Both the position numbers and the translations under genes were made by a program. Shown here in pieces: positions 1 to 8,200 of a stretch of 33,226 nucleotides of DNA (its first letter is position 1; each line of letters begins with the position of its first letter). Below the pieces are notes generated by a model. That model saw only the letters and a program-made list of their open reading frames with translations. It did not search any database and was not told the DNA's origin. This stretch comes from Clostridiales bacterium (GTDB taxonomy: Bacteria > Bacillota > Clostridia > Lachnospirales > CAG-274): assembly GCA_021202835.1 (NCBI GenBank), contig JAJQCI010000255.1:2185-35410 (forward strand), in the 5' to 3' direction.

Positions 1-61
1 TGTATAATAATGGTATATAAATTGCTGCGCATTATAATTTTAAGGGTGTGCGGTAATTGAA

Positions 62-1273
62 ATGGAATATATGTCAGTTAAAGAAGCAGCGAAAAAATGG
101 GGACTGTCAGAGAGGTCTGCTCAAATATACTGTACGGAAGGGCGCATAGAGGGCGCTGTCAAGCTAAGCGGAATATGGGCCATACCGGCGGACGCAGAAA
201 AGCCTGTCATTGTGAAAAAAGAGGTCAGAAAGAAAACAAAAAGAAAAGATAACGAGGAGGAAAACCCTGCGCAAAAGCTTCGTGTGGCCATGCCTTTGAT
301 AAACACGCCCTATAAGCCGGGTGAAGCCTTAAAATCGGCAGAAGAAATCGAAGACGAAGACACACGCCGAATTGCCCTTGCGGAATATTGTTATTTCAGC
401 GGCAGGTCGGCAGAGGCCTCTGACATTGCGGAGGAATATTTGACACACGAGGACATTGCCATACGTCTTTCGGCCTGCTGGCTTTACGGATATGCAAACC
501 TTGCTCTTGACCGCATACCCCGGACAAGGCAGTCAATAAACCAAATCAGAATAACGGCGTCTGGAATTGACGAAAACACGCCGCCGGTTTACCGGGCCTA
601 TGCCGTATGTATAGCAACAGGGGCAAGCGTTCTTCTTCATCTCCCTCTGCAGGAAAACATAAGCCACATAAAGAAATTTCTTAACATTTTGCCAAAGGGG
701 CTTATGCTTTTTGCTCTTTATGTCGAGGCTCACCACGCCTATCTTAACGGCGCCTACGGAATGAGCATAGGTATGGCGGAAACGGCTCTTGCCATAGAAA
801 GCAGGCTTTACCCCATACCGGTGATTTATCTTCACCTTGTTGCGGCTATGGGATATATAAATTTAAAACAGCCCGAACAGGCAGGAAAGCACCTTTTGGA
901 AGCGTGGGAGGTGGCCCGTCCCGACGATATGATAGAGGCCTTCGGAGAACATCACGGCCTTTTGGGCGGTACGCTTGAGGCTGTCATAAAGCCCGACTAC
1001 CCCAACGATTTCAAGCGTATGATTGACATTACATACAGCTTTTCGGCAGGCTGGAGGAAGATTCACAACCCCGTAACGGGGCACTATGTTGCCGATGATT
1101 TAACAACCACCGAGTTTACAGTGGCTATGCTTGCGGCAAGAGGATGGACAAACAAAGAAATAGGGGCCCATCTTCACATTTCACTTAATACCGTAGGCAG
1201 TCAGGTTACTGCGATTATGCAGAAGCTGGGAATTTCACAGCGAACAGACTTATCGGAGTTTATGCTTAAATAA
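62..1273 (+). CDS. Transcriptional regulator with two DNA-binding domains: N-terminal MerR/excisionase-type HTH and C-terminal LuxR/GerE-type HTH, with a helical-repeat middle
   Basis: The N-terminus MSVKEAAKKWGLSERSAQIYCTEGRIEGAVK is a typical HTH. A Lys-rich linker (KKEVRKKTKRKDNEEE) follows. The C-terminus TTTEFTVAMLAARGWTNKEIGAHLHISLNTVGSQVTAIMQKLGISQRTDL matches the LuxR/GerE HTH signature. The start is uncertain (ATG 62 or ATG 71). Confidence 0.8.
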   Translation: MEYMSVKEAAKKWGLSERSAQIYCTEGRIEGAVKLSGIWAIPADAEKPVIVKKEVRKKTKRKDNEEENPAQKLRVAMPLINTPYKPGEALKSAEEIEDEDTRRIALAEYCYFSGRSAEASDIAEEYLTHEDIAIRLSACWLYGYANLALDRIPRTRQSINQIRITASGIDENTPPVYRAYAVCIATGASVLLHLPLQENISHIKKFLNILPKGLMLFALYVEAHHAYLNGAYGMSIGMAETALAIESRLYPIPVIYLHLVAAMGYINLKQPEQAGKHLLEAWEVARPDDMIEAFGEHHGLLGGTLEAVIKPDYPNDFKRMIDITYSFSAGWRKIHNPVTGHYVADDLTTTEFTVAMLAARGWTNKEIGAHLHISLNTVGSQVTAIMQKLGISQRTDLSEFMLK

Positions 1274-1282
1274 AAATTTATT

Positions 1283-1312
1283 AAAAAACCGTCTCTGAAG
1301 GGGCGGTTTTTT
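1283..1312 (+). terminator. Rho-independent terminator after the regulator gene
   Basis: AAAAAACCGTCT-ctgaag-GGGCGGTTTTTT. The GC-rich stem 1289-1294/1301-1306 is flanked by an A6 and a T6 tract, directly after the TAA at 1271-1273. Confidence 0.7.
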
Positions 1313-1478
1313 GCTGCGAAAAAAATTTTTTCACCGATTTCGTTCTGACGAAATTAGCAATGGCTAACTAAAAATTTGTTGTGCAGTTTTACCAAAGCCA
1401 AAAAACCGATATTTATCGGGTATTTTCTGAAAAGCGACTGTGTTTTCAGGCAAAACCCGATTTTTTTTTGGTAAAAGT

Positions 1479-1512
1479 TCATCACAAGTTTTTGGCCCGA
1501 AACTTGTGATGA
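1479..1512 (+). promoter_or_regulatory. Perfect 12-bp inverted repeat (candidate operator)
   Basis: TCATCACAAGTT (1479-1490), a 10-nt spacer, then AACTTGTGATGA (1501-1512). No T-run follows, so it is not a terminator. The right arm overlaps the predicted -35. Confidence 0.5.
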
Positions 1513-1537
1513 CAAACCTTAAATTTTGGTGTAAAAT
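1509..1537 (+). promoter_or_regulatory. Candidate sigma-A-type promoter for the Cys-rich protein / giant protein operon
   Basis: -35 ATGACA (1509-1514), 17-nt spacer, -10 TAAAAT (1532-1537). It lies ~40 nt upstream of the SD GAAGGAGG and the ATG at 1579. Confidence 0.4.
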
Positions 1538-1578
1538 TAACCAAATGAAAAAAACAGCGATGTAGAAGGAGGTCTTAA

Positions 1579-1884
1579 ATGGAGAAAATCAGAAAATATA
1601 TTATTGACGGCTGTGAGCTGGCCGTCCCGGTTTATTATGACGGGCTTTCCGGAAAGTATATCGAAGACTACAGCCGGTGGATTGAAAATCTTATTTACAC
1701 TCCCCGTGGTCATCCGGTTTTGGTTTCGTCTGAAGACGCCTGCAGATTTGCCGAAAGCCGTGACTCCGGCCCCTGTGTGGAGTGTGCCGGCTGCCGGTTT
1801 TACAAACGGGCGAGAAAAAACACACTTATAGGCATATGCCGAAACAAAAAACGGCAGTTAAAAGAAGCAGTGTGTGAATGTTAA
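1579..1884 (+). CDS. Small Cys-rich hypothetical protein (101 aa; CxxCxxC plus C-terminal CxC)
   Basis: Strong SD (GAAGGAGG) 6 nt before the ATG. It has eight Cys, including PCVECAGC and a terminal VCEC. I do not recognise a family. Confidence 0.7.
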   Translation: MEKIRKYIIDGCELAVPVYYDGLSGKYIEDYSRWIENLIYTPRGHPVLVSSEDACRFAESRDSGPCVECAGCRFYKRARKNTLIGICRNKKRQLKEAVCEC

Positions 1885-2251
1885 AAAGAAAGAAGGGATA
1901 AATTTTGGAATTTAGTTTTAAAAGAAACATTGTAAAAAGGCTTGTGAGCCTTATTTCGGCGGCGGCCGTAATGGCTTCGGGGGGGGCTTTCAGCTCCTGA
2001 CGGTTCCTACGTTTGCGGCGTCAACAACAACGGCGGCCGGATCTTTTATTATTACCGGCGACACCGGCGGCTACAGCTATGACAGTGACAGCGATGTTCT
2101 GACAATAAGCTCCGCCGGCAGCTACACGATAGCTGGAAGTTCATCGTCAGACAGAATTGTTATAGATTCAAGCGGCGATGTAGAGCTGACACTGAAAAGC
2201 AGTACCATAATAAGCACAACCGAATCGCCTATAAGCGCAGACAACGGCAAT

Positions 2252-5200
2252 TTGACGCTTATAATCAGCGGCAGTGTCAACCTTGCGTCAACAGCTGAAA
2301 ATTATGCGGCGATTTCAAAGGGGACGTCAAATACTCTTAAAATAACAAGTATTGACGGCGACGGCGCCACAACAGGCTCCCTCACGGCAACAGGCGGCAA
2401 GAATGCAGCGGCCATAGGCGGCGATTATAATAAACCCGGCAACAATATAACCATTGCCGGCGGAACCATAACCGCAGAAGGCAGCGGAAGCGGCGCAGGA
2501 ATCGGCGGCGGCATATATCAAGGCGGCAGCAATATAACAATAACAGGCGGAGACGTTGCCGCTTTATCATCCGATATGGGCGCAGGAATCGGCGGCGGTC
2601 AGGCCAGCGACGGAACCTCAGCCGGCAGTGATATTACAATATCCGGCGGAATCGTTAGCGCTTCAAGCTCTTCAGGCGCAGGCATAGGCGGCGGCTACAG
2701 CTCAAAAGGCGCAAGCACCGGCAGCAATATAGTAATATCCGGCGGCACTGTAACGGCAAAAAGCTCAAACGGCGCAGGCATAGGCAGCGGCGGAAACTCC
2801 AACACTGAGGAAAGCTGCAGCTCTTCCGCAAGCGGCATAACAATCTCCGGCGGCACTGTAACAGCCACAAGTGAATCAGGCGCAGGAATCGGCGGCGGCT
2901 ACACAGTCAGCGGAACAACAGCAGCAAGCAATATAGTAATATACAAATCTTCCGTAAAGGCTTCTTCAACATCAGGCTCTTCCATAGGGGCTCAGCCTGT
3001 AAACAGCAGCGGAGAAAATGTATATTTATATGAATTCACTAACACAACAAAGGGAGAAGCCATAATTGTTGACGGTGAAACGGTAATTGACAGCGTTGTT
3101 TATCACTCAAGCAGTGATACATCCCAATATATCTATCTTCCTAAGGATTCCGCTACTGCTGTTTACGGCGGCAGCTATTATACTCTTTCATATTCTGAAG
3201 AGGACGGAACAGCCACATTTACAAAGACGGAAATAGATTCAATGGAAATACCCAATGCGGCGGCGCTTTCAGCTTTTGCTAAAATGGTAAACAACGGCAG
3301 CACCTCTTTAAAGGGAACGGTTACGGCGGATATCGATTTTTCGGGCTATTCCGATATGATAGGCTCGGAAAGCACCCCCTACGCAGGAGTCTTTGACGGC
3401 GGCGGCCATACCATTACGGTAGACTATGACATATCCTCCGGAACCAGAAATTCGGGCCTGTTCTCATATGCAGACGGCGGAACGGTTCAAGACCTTACGG
3501 TTGACGGAAGTATGGATTTCTCCGGCGACAGCGGTTATACAAATGTAGGCGGCGTTGTGGGATATATGAATAACGGAACAATTTCAAACGTTGTTTCAAA
3601 GGTTAATATTACAAACACGGCGGATTGTCCTTTCGCCAGCGCAGGAGGAATCGTAGGGCGTTTATATGACAGCTCAACGGTTGAGGGCTGTGTTTATGAA
3701 GGCAGCCTGACGGCCTATAATTCGTGGGATTGTGTAGGCGGTATTGTGGGCTATACCAGACAGTACTGTACTATTAAAAACTGTGCAAATTTCGGCACAC
3801 TCTACGCCACAACGGGCACAAACTCAAGCAATGAGACAGTGGCTCCCTATTTGGGCGGCATAATAGGCTACATAAACAGCTCATATTTTTCCGGTATGGA
3901 AGGTTGCTATAATTACGGCAGTGTATCGGCAGACGATACAACATACTGCGGCGCAATTGTGGGCTGGCTCAGAAACTCATCGGATAATTTAACAAACAAC
4001 TGCTGGCTTAACACTTCGGCTGAAAAGGCCTACGGCGCAAACGACAACAGCCGTACAGAGCCGGATTCAAACACAGCCGATGAATTTGCAGGCGGCAAAG
4101 TCACTTACCTTTTAAACGGAAGCACAGACGGCGGCACAAGCTGGTATCAGAATTTGGACAACGGCGAAACGGCTGACAGCTATCCCGTTTTGAGTTCAGA
4201 CCACGGCACTGTTAATGAGGTATGCTATATATACTGCCCGGACTGCATTGTAGTGTTCTACAGCAATACGGAAAGCGGCACAACCGTAAAAGGCAGTGAA
4301 ACCAATCATACCTATGAAAACAGTGTCTGCATATACTGCGGCAATATGGAAGGAGAACTCAACACCGATAGTGAAGGCAGATATATAATACATGATGCGG
4401 CTACACTGAGTTCATTTGCGGCGGCGGTAAATTCAGGCTCGACAAGCATAAACGGTATTGTGACGGCCGATATCGATTTTACGGCCCGCAACTATATGAT
4501 AGGCTCAAGCACATATCCCTACGCCGGAACCTTTGACGGCGGCGGCCATACCATAAAGGTAGACTATGACATATCTTCGGGAACCGAAAACATAGGTCTG
4601 TTTTCATATATAGACGGCGGAACGGTTCAAAACCTTACGGTTGAGGGAAGTATGGATTTTTCCGGCGGCTCCGACTATACAAATGTAGGCGGCGTTGTGG
4701 GATATATGAATAACGGAACAATTTCAAACGTTGCTTCAAGTGTTAATATTACAAACACGGCCGATTATCCTCTTCACAGCGCAGGCGGAATCGTAGGGCG
4801 TCTTTATGACAGCTCAACGGTTGACAAATGTGTTTATGAGGGCAGCCTGACGGCCTATAAATCGTGGGATTGTGTAGGCGGTATTGTAGGCTATACCTAC
4901 ACAAACTGTACTATTACAAACTGCGCAAACTTAGGCACACTCTACGCCACAACGGGCACAAACTCAGACGGCGACTCTGTGGCTCCCTATTTGGGCGGCA
5001 TAATAGGCTACATAAACAGCGCATATTTTTCCGGTATGGAAAACTGCTATAATTACGGCAGCGTATCGGCAGACGACACAACCTACTGCGGAGCGATTGT
5101 AGGCTGGCTTAGAAATTCAAAGTCTGTTTTATCAAACAATTACTGGCTTGAAACCTCGGCAGAAAAGGCCTACGGCTCAAACACAAGCCAATACACTGTG

Positions 5201-8200
5201 ACAGTGCCCGATTCAAGTACGGCAGACGAGTTTGAAAGCGGCGAAATCGCTTATCTGTTAAACGGAAGCACAAGCGGCGGCACAACCTGGTATCAGACAT
5301 TAAGCAGTGACAGCTATCCTGTTCTCGACAGCGCTCACGGCATGGTTTACATGGAGGCAACAGTATACTGCCCCGACTGCTATGATATAACAGGCTATAA
5401 CAATACGGCAGAGGTATTAACGGCGGCCGAAGGCGGCAGCGTTGACGAACATACCTATGAAAACCATACGTGTATATACTGCGGCGCAATCGAAACTGCG
5501 GAGCCTGCTAAGGCAAGTGACGGATATTATGAAATATATACCGTGCCGGAGCTTTACTGGCTTGCCAATGCGGTTAATTCCTATTCCGAGACACCTGCGT
5601 CAGACTCAATTACCAATGATACATATTATGTAAGGCTTATGGCGGATATTGACCTGGACGGCCTTGAATGGACGCCTATAGGCTTTACGTCAACAAACAA
5701 CGGAGCGGCCTTATATTCCCAGTATTCTTATATAGGCACATTTGACGGAAACGGCCATGTAATCAAAAATATGTATGTTAACGGATACGGCAAAAATTAC
5801 GTGGGCTTTTTCGGCTCAATTCGTGACGGCGATATCAAAAATTTAGGTATTGTTGACAGCTGTGTAACCAATGCAGGCGGCAAGGTCGGCGGCATAGCCG
5901 GTTCACTTTACGGCGCAATGACAAACTGCTATTATACGGGTAAAGCAGAAGGCGGCGAATTTGTGGCAGGTTTGATAGGCTACCCAAGCACAGACGCAGT
6001 AATTAAATACTGCTACGCAAGAGCATCTGTTTCCTCCGACTCAAGCTATTGCGGAGCTCTTTTTACCACAATTATAAGCGGAATGAGCATATCAAACTGC
6101 TATTATGACAATTCGCTGGTCTCAAAGAGCGGAGGCTATGGCACAGGCTGCAGCTCAGAGGATTTTGAAAGCGGCAGGGTGGCCTACCTTCTAAACGGAA
6201 AGACAAGCGGCGGCACAACCTGGTATCAGAATTTGGACAACGGCGAACCGGTTGACAGCCAGCCTGTTCTGAGCTCAAGCCACGGCACGGTTTATTATTT
6301 CTCAAATTATTATTACTGCCCCGATTATAAAGTTTCTCTTTATACAAACGACGGAAGCAGTTCGGGAAATTCGGAAAGCCACACATATGACGACGACGGC
6401 ATTTGTGTTTACTGCGGAGGCGCTGAAGACGGCGTATTTGAAACCGATGAAGGCAGAGTAGTAATACCCGACGCAGAAACGTTATATAAATTCGCAAAAA
6501 CGGTAAATTACGGAAGTACAGCCTTAAACGCTATAGTAACGGCTGATATCGACTTCAGCAGCTATTCGGCTATGATAGGCTCGGAAGATCACCCCTACGC
6601 CGGAACCTTTGACGGCGGCGGATATGAAATAACAGTAGGCTATGACGTATCTTCGGGAACCGAAAATATAGGCCTGTTCTCATATGTAGACGGCGGAACG
6701 GTTCAAAACCTTAACGTCAGCGGAAGCATGACATTCTCAGGCGGCGGAGCGGACGGCGACGGCTATTCAAACGTAGGCGGCGTTGTGGGATATTTGACAA
6801 GCGGAACAATTTCAGATGTAACCTCAAGTGTTAACATTACGGCTTCGGCTGAATATCCTCTTCACAGCGCAGGCGGCATTGTAGGGCGTCTTTATCAAAC
6901 CTCCAACGTTAAAAACTGTATTTACTGCGGTAAATTAACGGCTTATGGATCGTGGGACGCTTTGGGCGGCATAGCAGGCTATACCTACCAATACTGTTCG
7001 ATTAAAAATTGTGCAAACTTAGGAACCCTTTACGCCACAAAGGGCACAAACGCTCCCTATTTGGGCGGTATACTGGGATATGTAAACAATACAGACTTCT
7101 ACGGTATACAAAACTGCTACAATTACGGCAGTGTTTCGGCAGACAGCACAACCTACTGCGGCGCTATCGTAGGCTGGCTGAGAGGGGCTTCAACGAACAT
7201 TTCAAACAATTACTGGCTTGACAGCTCGGCGACTAAGGCTTTCGGAACAAACGGCACAAGCAATACGGCTCCTTCCGCAAATACGGCAGACGAGTTTGAA
7301 AGCGGCGAAGTGACTTATCTGTTAAACGAAAACTCAAGCGGCAGTACAAGCTGGTATCAGAATATAGACAACGGCGAAACGGCCGACAGTTATCCTGTTC
7401 TCGATACGGCTCACGGTTTGGTTTATTATATCGCAGGTTATTATTACTGCCCCGACTGTCAGGACGAATATTATTCGAATGATGAAAACGCCGCAGGAAA
7501 TACAGAAAGCCATACATATAAAAACAGCGTTTGTATTTACTGCGGAGCCGTTGATTCAAGCGAATTTACAACAGACGAAAGCGACAGAATAATAATACCC
7601 GACGCTGAAACATTATATAAATTCGCAAGCACGGTAAATGCAGGAGAAACAGCCTTAAACGCCATAGTAACGGCTGATATAAATTTCAGTGATTATACGG
7701 TTATGATAGGCTCAAGCTCATATCCCTACACAGGAACCTTTGACGGCGGCGGCTATACAATAACAGTAGGCTATAACCTGACCTCCGCCGCAAACAATAT
7801 AGGTTTGTTCTCATATATAAACGGCGGAACGGCTCAGAACCTTAACGTTGAAGGTACTATGGATTTTTCAGGCGGCAGCTATGAAAACGTAGGCGGCGTT
7901 ATAGGATATATGAACAACGGAACAATTTCAAATGTTGTTTCGGGGGTTGATATTACAGGGCCGACAGGCTATTCTCTCGGCAGTGCGGCAGGTATAGTAG
8001 GGCGCTTGTATGACAAATCCACAGTTGACAAGTGTATCTATACAGGCAAATTTACAGCCACCGATTCAAATGACTGTTTGGGCGGTATTGTAGGCTATAC
8101 CAGACAGTCCTGCTCTATAACAAACTGTGCAAACTTAGGTACGCTCTACGCTACAACAAAGGGCTCAACTGCTCCTTATTTAGGCGGAATTATAGGCTAT

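Noticed and set aside
1387-1476. A 10-bp inverted repeat, TTTTACCAAA (1387-1396) / TTTGGTAAAA (1467-1476), flanking ~70 bp upstream of the giant-gene promoter, as a possible invertible promoter switch.
   Set aside because: The arms are short and AT-rich, so a chance match is likely. The enclosed segment contains no obvious promoter. No site-specific recombinase gene is present in the window.
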